NCBI GenBank assembly: GCA_965248435.1
Contig: OZ252100.1
Span: 1,280,001 to 1,344,000, forward strand
Origin: Candidatus Latescibacterota bacterium
GTDB taxonomy: Bacteria; Latescibacterota; UBA2968; GCA-2709665
Length of the DNA stretch: 64,000 bases
Direction: 5' to 3'
Part shown: positions 18,835 through 27,899 of the stretch, in pieces
Position numbering within the stretch: the stretch's first letter is position 1
Layout of the letters: every line of letters starts with the position of its first letter
Program-made: the position numbers and the translations under genes
Notes under the pieces: generated by a model
The model's database searches: none
Told to the model about the DNA's origin: nothing
Seen by the model: only the letters and a program-made list of their open reading frames with translations

Positions 18835-19704
18835 TCAGAGACCGGGCAGAACCAGATTGTCGATCAACCTGGCCTCTCGAAACCTTACGGCGAGGGCAAT
18901 CATCACGCTGCCCGAAAGGGCTTCAACGGGCTGCATGTCCGCCCGGCTCACCGCCTCGGCGTAGTCCAGCTTGGCGCAACGCCTGGCCGCGATCAGCCGC
19001 CGTATGGCCCCGATCACGACCCCTGCACAGCGCTCTCCTCGCTCGACCATGTCCTTCGCCTCCTGAAGGGCGTGAAACAGCACAGAAGCCGCTTCCCGCT
19101 CTTCTGCGGTCAGGTAGGCGTTTCTGGAGCTCTTCGCCAGACCATCCGCCTCTCTCACGGTGGGCGACACAAGGATGTCTACGTCCAGGTTCAAATCCTC
19201 AACGATTCTGCGCACGACCTGGGCCTGCTGCCCGTCCTTCTGTCCAAAAACGGCGAGGTGGGGCTTGACGGCAGCAAACAGCTTTGTGACCACGGTCGCA
19301 ACGCCTTGAAAGTGTCCAGGGCGGGACGCGCCGCAGAGGTGGTCCGCTACTTTCTCTACCGCGACGTATGAGGCGTATCCCTTCGGATACATCTCTTCGA
19401 CGGAGGGCGCGTAGACCACGTCCGCGCCGGCAGACTCGACCAGGCTGAGATCGTGCTCCAGGTCACGCGGGTAAGATCCGAAATCCTCACCCGGACCGAA
19501 CTGCTTGGGATTCACGAAAATACTCACGACGACGCGGTCCGAAACCCTGCGGGCCCTCCTGATCAGGCTCACGTGCCCCTCGTGAAAGGATCCCATCGTC
19601 GGTACGAGGCCGATTCTCTGTCCGCTTTCGCGCATCTCGTCCGCGGCCTTCTGCATCTCGCGAACGCTGCGTATGATTCGAATCGCGTCCATGATCTCGT
19701 TCAT
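18835..19704 (-). CDS. panC: Pantoate-beta-alanine ligase
   Basis: VPTMG..HEGH, SIFVNP.QF, RPGHF.GV, FGQKD.QQ, DGLA.SSRN, RLIDN. Confidence 0.96.
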   Translation of the reverse strand: MNEIMDAIRIIRSVREMQKAADEMRESGQRIGLVPTMGSFHEGHVSLIRRARRVSDRVVVSIFVNPKQFGPGEDFGSYPRDLEHDLSLVESAGADVVYAPSVEEMYPKGYASYVAVEKVADHLCGASRPGHFQGVATVVTKLFAAVKPHLAVFGQKDGQQAQVVRRIVEDLNLDVDILVSPTVREADGLAKSSRNAYLTAEEREAASVLFHALQEAKDMVERGERCAGVVIGAIRRLIAARRCAKLDYAEAVSRADMQPVEALSGSVMIALAVRFREARLIDNLVLPGL

Positions 19705-19752
19705 TTCCAGGTGAATGAGACTCTGTTACTCAGGCCTCACCCGACAATCGCT

Positions 19753-20607
19753 TTACTGTTGCAGATCCGCGCCCAGAACCGACGCCTTGAATTTTCTGAG
19801 CTCCTCCCCTTTGATCTTGAACCGGTGCTTTTCACCAGGAAACCGACCGACCTTTACGTCTGCAACGAACTCTGAAAAAGCGTTTTCCATGACCGAGGAC
19901 AATTCCGCATACTGTTTCACGAAGCTGAATCGGGCGTCAGTCGCGCCAAGCAGGTCGAGGTTCACCAGTACTTGACCGTCGCAGTTTCTCCCGGCACCGA
20001 TACCGATCGTCGGAATCCTCAGACTGTCCGTGATAATTTCCGAGACGCGCTCGGGCACACACTCCAACACGACGGCGATCACGCCCGCGTCCTCCAAACT
20101 CCGGGCATCCTGAAACACGGCGTGTGCCTCATCCGCACGGTCGCCGACCACCGCCCGTCCGCTCATCCTGGTTTGTGGGGTGTGACCGACGTGCCCGATC
20201 ACATCGATTCCGTCAGCCACGATACCGGACACGCTTTCTATAATTTCCCGACCCCGCTCCAGCTTGACGACCTCTGCCCCTGCATCCCCCAAACGCGCCG
20301 CATTCTCCACCGCCTGAGCAGGCGTCTCATAAGAACCGTAGGGCAAATCTGCGACCAACAGTGCCTTTTGCACGCCTCGGTGAACCGCGTTTGTATGGTG
20401 AATCATATCCTCCATCGTGACTTGCTGAGGACTCCGATATCCCAGGACGTTTACACCGACCGAATCCCCCACGAAGATGACGTCCACGTCAGCTGCTTCC
20501 TGACAGCGGGCAGTGGGGTAATCGTAACAGGTGAGCATCGTGATAGCCTCGCCCCGTTGTTTCATGTCTATCAAGCTTCCTGGCTTGACGCGAGAACCCA
20601 TTCGCAT
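19753..20607 (-). CDS. panB: 3-methyl-2-oxobutanoate hydroxymethyltransferase
   Basis: LTCYDY, VGDS, VADLPY, VKLE, PTIGIGAG..CDGQVLV. Confidence 0.95.
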   Translation of the reverse strand: MRMGSRVKPGSLIDMKQRGEAITMLTCYDYPTARCQEAADVDVIFVGDSVGVNVLGYRSPQQVTMEDMIHHTNAVHRGVQKALLVADLPYGSYETPAQAVENAARLGDAGAEVVKLERGREIIESVSGIVADGIDVIGHVGHTPQTRMSGRAVVGDRADEAHAVFQDARSLEDAGVIAVVLECVPERVSEIITDSLRIPTIGIGAGRNCDGQVLVNLDLLGATDARFSFVKQYAELSSVMENAFSEFVADVKVGRFPGEKHRFKIKGEELRKFKASVLGADLQQ

Positions 20608-20648
20608 CCTCCGACGGGAACCCTATCCTGTGACGCTTCCGCAACGGA

Positions 20649-21287
20649 CTACCCCTGACCGGAGGCAGGCCTGTAATACCGCGTCCCCGCGGGCGGTGAA
20701 GAAATCTGTTGTAGCAGATCGTTCAAATCGTCCGGCTTGTCAAAATTGACCTGCGAGACGTTTACGACCAGGAGAGGCGTTTCCGAATAATGGAAAAAGT
20801 AGTGCGTGTAGGCTTCCGCTAGACGAGCGAAATACTCCTCGGTGACCAGCCGTTCATAATCCGCCCCTTGCCTCTGAATGTTCCCCATCACACGCTCGAT
20901 CGAATCCTGAAGATAGATCACCAGATCCGGCTTCGGGATCTCTTCCCGTAGGGTCTGAGAAAGACGGTCGTATAGAGACAACTCCGCGTCGTTCAGGGCG
21001 ACGTGGGCATAAATCCCGTCTCGTGCAAAGAGGTAGTTGCTGACCACCACGGATTGAAAGAGGTCCATCTGGTGAAGGTCCTGCTGTTGTCTGTACCGAT
21101 TCAACAGGAAGAAGACCTGTGCCTGAAAGCGATAATGTTCAGGGTCTTCATAGAATAGGGGCAGGAAGGGATTTTCTTCAGCGATCTCTAGCACCAGACG
21201 GGCGTTTAGCCGATCGCCTAGGATACGGGCAAGATAAGCCTTTCCCACACCAGGAACGCCCTCAATGGCGATATACCTAGCGGCCAC
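20649..21287 (-). CDS. Deoxynucleoside kinase
   Basis: YIAIEG..GVGK, ENPFL..FY, Q.FFL..R..Q, PKPDLVIYL; likely GTG start at 21287. Confidence 0.88.
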   Translation of the reverse strand: MAARYIAIEGVPGVGKAYLARILGDRLNARLVLEIAEENPFLPLFYEDPEHYRFQAQVFFLLNRYRQQQDLHQMDLFQSVVVSNYLFARDGIYAHVALNDAELSLYDRLSQTLREEIPKPDLVIYLQDSIERVMGNIQRQGADYERLVTEEYFARLAEAYTHYFFHYSETPLLVVNVSQVNFDKPDDLNDLLQQISSPPAGTRYYRPASGQG

Positions 21288-21813
21288 CAGCAGGTTCCTT
21301 GTTCGATTCCGGTGTCCATAGCGAACAAGCCTCAACGCGACGGATCTCCGAGTCTACGATGACGGCCTCGGCGAGTGAGCGAAAGCTCTTCCCGGTAAGT
21401 GGATCTAGGCCTTCGGGACTCAAGTCACAAAGGGGTAAGAGAACGAAAGCGCGGAGGTGGAGTTGCGGATGTGGAACGGTAAGGCCCCGCTCCTGGACCG
21501 TGCGATGGCCGTAGAGCAACAGATCCAGGTCGATGATCCGTGGACCCCACCGCCGGCGGCGAACCCTGCCCAAAGTTCGTTCTACCTCGAGCAGGATCTG
21601 GAGTAGATCCCTTGGAGAAACGCCGGTCTCCAATTCGATCGCCGCGTTCAGGTAGTCTGGCTGGTCGACATAGCCTACGGGGGCCGATTCATAAACCCTG
21701 GACGCACCCACGACGCGAACTTCCGGTCTTGCTTCGACCGCGACCACCGCAGAACGTAAGTTCGCTTCACGGTCACCTACATTCGCTCCGAGACCGACAT
21801 AGATCTTCTCCAC
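21277..21813 (-). CDS. folK: 2-amino-4-hydroxy-6-hydroxymethyldihydropteridine diphosphokinase
   Basis: GLGANVGD, QPDYLNA, RWGPRIIDLDLL, PHP....RAFVL.PL. Confidence 0.95.
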   Translation of the reverse strand: MEKIYVGLGANVGDREANLRSAVVAVEARPEVRVVGASRVYESAPVGYVDQPDYLNAAIELETGVSPRDLLQILLEVERTLGRVRRRRWGPRIIDLDLLLYGHRTVQERGLTVPHPQLHLRAFVLLPLCDLSPEGLDPLTGKSFRSLAEAVIVDSEIRRVEACSLWTPESNKEPAGGR

Positions 21814-22172
21814 TAAATGCCTCTTCGAACTTCCACTTCGATCCCATCAAAGTGGCCTAATACAGGGGGGTGGGGTTTACGCACCCTCACGAGGAGTCGT
21901 TCGAATCCGTGTCGTGTCTGCAGGACTGTTGCGATCCGGTCGGCCAACGCCTCCACAAGACCGAATCGCTCTCGGGTAACCACCTCCTCGACCATTGCAT
22001 AGACGTCTGGATAGTTAATGGCCTCTTGCTTTGCCTCGGCCGAATAGCCTCGAAAATCTCCAAAAATCTCCACATCCACTTCGAACCTCTGTCCCAGCCT
22101 TTCCTCTTCGGGGAGAAGCCCATGATATGCATAGAAGGCCATATTTTTCAGTCTTAGAACGTCGTCAGCCAC
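21813..22172 (-). CDS. folB: Dihydroneopterin aldolase
   Basis: FYAYHG...EE..LGQRF.VD, INY, LVEALA, V.VRKP.PP. Confidence 0.93.
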   Translation of the reverse strand: MADDVLRLKNMAFYAYHGLLPEEERLGQRFEVDVEIFGDFRGYSAEAKQEAINYPDVYAMVEEVVTRERFGLVEALADRIATVLQTRHGFERLLVRVRKPHPPVLGHFDGIEVEVRRGI

Positions 22173-22314
22173 GGAGAGATCCGCCTATCGAATTAAAGTC
22201 GTGAATGCCCCGCCCACCCATTCCGGTCAAAGGACTTGACAGAATCCAAAACTAGATCTTATCCTAGAACGCCGAATTGGCGGACCGGATGTGGGACGAA
22301 TCGGTCGGACCTAG

Positions 22315-23388
22315 TCATGCGGGAGCGGCCACCGGGCGAAAGGGAAGGGCTGCAACTTCGGCTTGCGCCCCACCATCGAGAAAGAGGACCTTTCCAGGCG
22401 CCTCAAAACCTCTACGCACAGATGCCAGCGCGATAGTCCGGTTCAGGGCTCGTGATTTCACGCAGCTCGTAATTCTGCCGATCTCTTTCTCGCCCTCTAG
22501 AATTGCCGTTCCCGAACGTGGAATTGCATCGCCATCGATGACCAGGCCCACGAGATATCTTCTTGGCTTTCCCAGGCGATGCATTTTGGCAATGGCTTCC
22601 TGGCCGATAAAGCATCCCTTTTCAAAATCCACGGCTCGGTCCAAGCCGGCTTCAAGAGGGATCACCTGCTCGTCTACATCGATTCCGTAGCGCGGGACGC
22701 CTGACTCGATGCGGACGATCTCCAGGGCCTCGAACCCGACCGGTTGAGCGCCCGCGTCATGCAGGGCCGTCCAGAGGCGCACAGCAACGCCGAGTTCGAC
22801 CCATAAGCTGAATCCCGCTCCATCTAAGGGGCTGCCGACAGTAAGCTCCACTTCGGTAGCACCGTAAGAACCTAAAACTCTTCGGCCCTGTGGAAGACCT
22901 GAATTCGGAATCTGGAGGCATTCACGGATCAGCGCCCGGGCTTTGGGACCGCGCACACCGATCAAGGCGGAATCTGTTGTAACATCTTTGATAACAACGT
23001 CATCAGCGATAAGATAGCGATCCAGGCTGGCGGCCACCTTTTCCTGAAGCCCGGGTTCGGTCTCCAGTAGAAAGGCCTCCCCTCGATTATGAACCCAGAG
23101 ATCGGCCAGCGTATTTCCTCGGGCATCGGTCAGGGCAGCATACCTGCTTTCCCCGTCCTCGAGCCCTTCGACCCGGTTCGTCACCATACCGTGCAGGAAT
23201 CGCGCCCGATCCGCTCCGGTCACCCGGAGCTTGCCCCGAGCGCTCAGGTCAAACAGAGCGACCCCGTTTCGAAGAGCGCCATATTCAGACGCGACGTCGC
23301 CGTAGTGTGCGGGTACCTTCCACCCCCCGACCTCGGTGAATTCGGCACCCGCAGAATCGTGAATAGGTTGAAGCACGGACTCACGCAT
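22315..23388 (-). CDS. GcvT-like / YgfZ-type folate-binding protein
   Basis: GcvT N-terminus (DLS.RGK..VTG.D..RFL) plus YgfZ signature KGCFIGQE; start re-called at MRESV. Confidence 0.85.
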   Translation of the reverse strand: MRESVLQPIHDSAGAEFTEVGGWKVPAHYGDVASEYGALRNGVALFDLSARGKLRVTGADRARFLHGMVTNRVEGLEDGESRYAALTDARGNTLADLWVHNRGEAFLLETEPGLQEKVAASLDRYLIADDVVIKDVTTDSALIGVRGPKARALIRECLQIPNSGLPQGRRVLGSYGATEVELTVGSPLDGAGFSLWVELGVAVRLWTALHDAGAQPVGFEALEIVRIESGVPRYGIDVDEQVIPLEAGLDRAVDFEKGCFIGQEAIAKMHRLGKPRRYLVGLVIDGDAIPRSGTAILEGEKEIGRITSCVKSRALNRTIALASVRRGFEAPGKVLFLDGGAQAEVAALPFRPVAAPA

Positions 23389-23523
23389 ATACCATCTCCT
23401 CGATGTCTGAATATTATCCCGATCGCTGCCTAAAGTCAAGCAGATCCGGGTTGTTAGGTCGACTATGTCACTGCCTCGATACGGCTATCGAGTTCAACTC
23501 ATTCTTCTCGGAGGTCAGACTTC

Positions 23524-24492
23524 ATGAAAGCCATTGTTTGCGCTCAAACCGGAGGACCGGAGGTGCTTCGCTATCAGGATGTGCCGAATCCTGAGGTCGC
23601 CGAACGCCAGGCCATCGTCAAGGTCGATGCAATAGGCCTCAACTATATCGATACGTATCACCGAACAGGCCTCTATCCCCTGGACCTGCCGTTTGTTCCT
23701 GGACTGGAAGCGGCCGGCGTTATCGAGGCGCTGGGTCCCAACGCGCAGGATTTCAAGGTAGGCGACCGGGTAGCATACAGCGGTATCCCGTCCTCCTATG
23801 CCGAATACGTGGCTGCCCCGGAAGACAGGCTGATCAAGCTTCCGGATGGGGTTGACACCCGGACCGGTGCGGCCGCAATGCTGCAAGGCATGACTTCACA
23901 CTACCTCGCTCACGGGACGTACCCCCTTAAGAAGGGGGATACCGCCCTGATTCACGCAGCCGCAGGGGGTGTTGGACTCCTCCTCGTCCAAATGGCCAAG
24001 ATGTGCGGGGCTCGCGTTTTAGGTACCGTTTCCACCGAAGAAAAAGCGAGGCTCGCCGGGGATGCAGGGGCAGACGACATCATTCGCTACACTGAACAGG
24101 ACTTCGAGGCCGAGGTCAAAAGACTGACAGACGGGCAAGGGGTGAACGTGGTCTACGACTCGGTCGGCAAGACCACCTTCGATAAGAGCCTCAACTGTCT
24201 CCGCCCTCGGGGTACCCTCGTCCTTTTTGGCCAATCGAGTGGCCCTGTACCGCCATTCGACCTGATCAAGCTGAGTCAAAATGGCTCACTCTTCATCACC
24301 CGCCCAACGATGTTCGACTACACCGCCACCCGGGAAGAGTTGGTCGAACGTGCGGGAGCACTGCTGGACTGGATCCAGACCGATAGGCTAAAGATTCGGA
24401 TCGATAGAACCCTGGCGCTCTCCGATGCCGCAGAGGCCCACCGTCTGCTCCAAGGCAGGCAGACGACGGGAAAGGTGCTGCTGATCCCCTGA
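23524..24492 (+). CDS. qor: NADPH:quinone oxidoreductase (zeta-crystallin-like)
   Basis: GGPEVL, GLNYIDTY.R.G.YP, LQGMT.HYL, HAAAGGVG, VYDSVG..TF, GSLF.TRP. Confidence 0.93.
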   Translation: MKAIVCAQTGGPEVLRYQDVPNPEVAERQAIVKVDAIGLNYIDTYHRTGLYPLDLPFVPGLEAAGVIEALGPNAQDFKVGDRVAYSGIPSSYAEYVAAPEDRLIKLPDGVDTRTGAAAMLQGMTSHYLAHGTYPLKKGDTALIHAAAGGVGLLLVQMAKMCGARVLGTVSTEEKARLAGDAGADDIIRYTEQDFEAEVKRLTDGQGVNVVYDSVGKTTFDKSLNCLRPRGTLVLFGQSSGPVPPFDLIKLSQNGSLFITRPTMFDYTATREELVERAGALLDWIQTDRLKIRIDRTLALSDAAEAHRLLQGRQTTGKVLLIP

Positions 24493-24659
24493 GAAAACAG
24501 CGGTGGGAACCCAACAAGAAGGTCAAGGCCGGACACCTCCTGGGGTCCGGCCGCTTTCTTTTCTGTCCACAATCAAGCCAGGATTGCAAATGTAACCTAC
24601 TGATAAATAAAATCTTAGTTCCGATACGGCACAAAATTTGAAAGGGTCAAAAAAAATGC

Positions 24660-24687
24660 TAAAGATTGCTCAACACGCGGCCGATAG
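24660..24687 (+). promoter_or_regulatory. Sigma28 (FliA/SigD)-type promoter
   Basis: TAAA-N16-GCCGATAG. Confidence 0.6.
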
Positions 24688-25075
24688 GTAAGGATAGGGG
24701 CTAAAACGCCTACGCTCCTCTACACCCGAAGAACCGAACTTGGTCATTCCTTTTCTAAAGAACAGTCGTTCTCAACGCTGCAGTTTACCAACGTGGACTG
24801 CGTTGCTGTCTCCAATCTTTCACATTTAAGATAGAGGAGGTGAGACCAGGAGTTCGCAGTAGTCGAAGTCTCATAGGTTTGGTCATCTGGCCGTCGAAGT
24901 ATTAAGCTCGCGTTCTAGGAACGCACTGGAAGGCGGTCCGGCGGAAAATGCCAAAGCGGTCTGGACATCGAAGGGGAACGATGTCCTGGTTGAATCACCG
25001 CCTGGCTCACAGGATTGATCTTGTCCACTTCCGTGCGAGGTCGAACGCAGTGATAACGTTTGGTAGGGTTGTGTC

Positions 25076-25759
25076 ATGCCTGTATTCATTTCGAGGTTTT
25101 CACCGGAAAGATCCATCGTAGGAAACCCATCGGCAGCCTCTCGGTCAGGTTCAAACGAGAGCTCGTCGGGTGCGGGTCAAGCTGGAGACGCTGTTCCGCG
25201 TGCGGATAGCGCCATCCGCAGAGCGAATCAGTCGGCGAATCAAGCCGCCACCCCCGCAAGACTTCAGGCCTTCTTGACGAGCCTGAGGCCTTTTCAGGTG
25301 CCTCCCCCGGAGCCCTCGCGGGAACCTGAGGATAACGCGCCACCCCCTTCACAAGGTCCTCCTGCGAGCGGCTCGGCCGAAACTGCCGATAGTGAGCCAG
25401 CATCCGAATCGTCAGATGCCGCCCGGGCTGAACCCACCCCACGGGAAACACAGCAGGATACCCTTCGGCAAGATGTGAGGACGATTGGGCAGGGTCTTCG
25501 GAGCGATGCAGACGTCCAGGCCCGTTTGAACGCGAATCAGGCTGCGCACGATGCGGACCGTGCCGTCAGGCAGAACGATAGCAGTGCGACCAGGCAAATC
25601 AGATCTGAAATTCGCTCCCTGGAAGCCGACCGAAGGAAGCTTCAATCGGAAGCTCAGAAAACAGATCAGGCCATCCGCAAGCTGCGGAATCGCGACAGTA
25701 GGCCGCCACCCAGTGCCAATTTGAACCAGACGATATTGCTCGATATCCTTGCTGAGTGA
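25076..25759 (+). CDS. Hypothetical low-complexity/coiled-coil protein (FlxA-like?)
   Basis: 227-aa ORF: S/P/A/E-rich N half, heptad coiled coil (RQIRSEIRSLEADRRKLQSEAQKTDQAIRKLR), C-terminal LLDILAE. Confidence 0.55.
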   Translation: MPVFISRFSPERSIVGNPSAASRSGSNESSSGAGQAGDAVPRADSAIRRANQSANQAATPARLQAFLTSLRPFQVPPPEPSREPEDNAPPPSQGPPASGSAETADSEPASESSDAARAEPTPRETQQDTLRQDVRTIGQGLRSDADVQARLNANQAAHDADRAVRQNDSSATRQIRSEIRSLEADRRKLQSEAQKTDQAIRKLRNRDSRPPPSANLNQTILLDILAE

Positions 25760-26148
25760 CTTCGCGTGCCCTGGACCGTGCTTCTGTAGATCGCTCAAAT
25801 GAAGCACGTCGTGGCGAAATGATGGAAGGGATCGGCCAGCCCCTTCAGGGTCCGATGGGGACAGAGGCCCGATGCACACCTAAAATGATCTAACCGGTTG
25901 TATTTTTTTACTTAAGGGGGGGTTGACTTTCCTTCGGGCTTTGCCGATACTATTCAGCAACCCTCGGGGATAGAGATGTCCTTCTTGATCGGCTTGAGCC
26001 TCAGGATTTCGTCACCTTTCCTGACGCAATTTCTCTTGACAACCCTGATTCTAGATTTTATATCACCCCACCTCGAAGTTGGCAAAAAAGCGGAATTCAT
26101 AAGACAATGGTATTCAACAGCCCAAACCGGATTGTCTGAGGCGAAGCC

Positions 26149-27012
26149 GTGGCGAGAGCGAAAACAATTGCTGCCGACGACGTAAAGGATGCGCTTCATC
26201 GCTATTTGGAAGACGTAGCCACATCCAAACCCCTCTCGGCGGCAGAGGAAGTCGCCTTCGCTCAGCGAATCAAGAAGGGCGACCTCAAGGCACGTTCAAA
26301 ACTCGTGGAGGCCAATCTCAGGTTCGTCATCACGGTCGCCCGAGAGTACCAAAACCAGGGTGTTCCACTCGTCGATCTTATAAGTGCCGGAAATATCGGT
26401 CTGATTACAGCGGCTGAACGCTTCGATGAAACCAAAGGATTCAAATTTATCTCCTATGCCGTGTGGTGGATCAGGCAGTCTATCCTCCAAACCCTGGCGG
26501 AGCATTCACGTGTTGTACGCCTTCCGCTGAACAGGGTGGACCTCTTACGCCGAATCTCACGATACACGAACAGCAAGCAGCAGGAGACGTCGGTTCGGCC
26601 GGCTGAGGAAGAGATCGCTGCAGAACTCGGTATCTCTGTGCAGCAGGTTGTCGATACCCTCACGAGTGGTCAGCGTATCCTGTCACTAGATGCTGCCTTC
26701 GGTGAAGACGAAGAGAACAGTCTGCTGGAGATCATGCCGGATGATGGCCAGGAATCTCCTGATTCCATGCTGATGAAGAACTCGCTCGAGCATGAAATCC
26801 ACGCCGCCCTGAGCACCCTTGAAGACAGAGAGAGAAAGGTGATAAAACTTTACTTTGGACTCGGGGGTGCGCCCGAAATGACGCTGGAAGAAATAGGCGT
26901 TCAGTTTAGGCTCACGAGAGAACGCGTTCGGCAGATTAAGGAGAAGGCGCTTCGTAAGCTTAGACATCCGACACGGGGAAGGAAACTGATTCCTTATTCA
27001 GACGAAGTGTAG
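26149..27012 (+). CDS. RNA polymerase sigma factor, short RpoD/SigA family (no region 1.1)
   Basis: ANLRFV..VA..YQNQG, FDETKGFKFISYAVWWIRQSI, LTRERVRQIKEKAL. Confidence 0.92.
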   Translation: MARAKTIAADDVKDALHRYLEDVATSKPLSAAEEVAFAQRIKKGDLKARSKLVEANLRFVITVAREYQNQGVPLVDLISAGNIGLITAAERFDETKGFKFISYAVWWIRQSILQTLAEHSRVVRLPLNRVDLLRRISRYTNSKQQETSVRPAEEEIAAELGISVQQVVDTLTSGQRILSLDAAFGEDEENSLLEIMPDDGQESPDSMLMKNSLEHEIHAALSTLEDRERKVIKLYFGLGGAPEMTLEEIGVQFRLTRERVRQIKEKALRKLRHPTRGRKLIPYSDEV

Positions 27013-27030
27013 TCAAAAGGACATCGGACG

Positions 27031-27070
27031 AACAAAGGGGTGAGCGCGCGTCGCGCTCACCCCTTTGTTT
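27031..27070. terminator. Bidirectional terminator between convergent genes
   Basis: AACAAAGGGGTGAGCGCG / CGCGCTCACCCCTTTGTT inverted repeat. Confidence 0.85.
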
Positions 27071-27086
27071 TTGGTTCTTTGGGACT

Positions 27087-27899
27087 TTATTTCAAATATA
27101 TGGCCCGCAACTCTTCGCGCGATGCCCAAATAAGCGGCACAAGAAGATCTTCCTCCACCGACCCATCGTGACTGCCTAAATTTGGATCCCCCTGCTCTTC
27201 GTGCACGCCGTGATCGGCCAGTAGTATAACTGCATTTTTAGCCTCTGCAAACGCCCTGAGCAGCCCATCCAGACTTCGGTCCATCCTGGCTGCCACCTCC
27301 TTGACCTGCACCGAGTAGGGACCCCACTTGTGGGCGGCCTCATCGATGTCGATGAGGTGTACAAAAGCAAGGTTGGGTTTAACCCTACGGAGCACGTTCG
27401 GCACTTGCGCGTAAAGTTGGGCATCTTCATTGCCTTCCGCGATGATCAAATCATCTACAAACTGACTCAGGGGCAGGTCTCCCACACCCTCTCGATGCGC
27501 TGCAAGCATCGTCCTGCGTCCGGCCCTCCTCGCCGTCCCGAAGAGGGTCTCGATTTTTCCGGACTCTACCACCTCCACCGCTTCTTTCAGATCAGTCACG
27601 CCGTGCGACCTTGGAGACATGCCGGTAAGGATCGACGAAATACAGACGTAGGTCAAAGCTGGGCGAACGGAGAAAATCTCCTCGCAGTGCAGCCCCGCCA
27701 AGCGGTTCACCGTCGGAACAACGCCTTCCAAGGAACCCCAAAGCGATGATCCGAACCCGTCCAAAATGACCAGGCCTATTTTTTCGGCGGATGGAAGTGT
27801 ATCCAGGACTTCGGCAATCGGAGCACCTTCCGCCCCCGAGGGTACGGGTATGCCCAGGATCTCGGCAACCGTTGGAGCAATAGAACGGAGGTCAGTCAC
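27087..27899 (-). CDS. Alkaline phosphatase superfamily (nucleotide pyrophosphatase/phosphodiesterase-like) protein
   Basis: VILDGFG, P..T.....SILTG..P..HG, D..AHKWG, LADHG, HDG; GTG start at 27899 after AGGAGG. Confidence 0.75.
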   Translation of the reverse strand: MTDLRSIAPTVAEILGIPVPSGAEGAPIAEVLDTLPSAEKIGLVILDGFGSSLWGSLEGVVPTVNRLAGLHCEEIFSVRPALTYVCISSILTGMSPRSHGVTDLKEAVEVVESGKIETLFGTARRAGRRTMLAAHREGVGDLPLSQFVDDLIIAEGNEDAQLYAQVPNVLRRVKPNLAFVHLIDIDEAAHKWGPYSVQVKEVAARMDRSLDGLLRAFAEAKNAVILLADHGVHEEQGDPNLGSHDGSVEEDLLVPLIWASREELRAIYLK

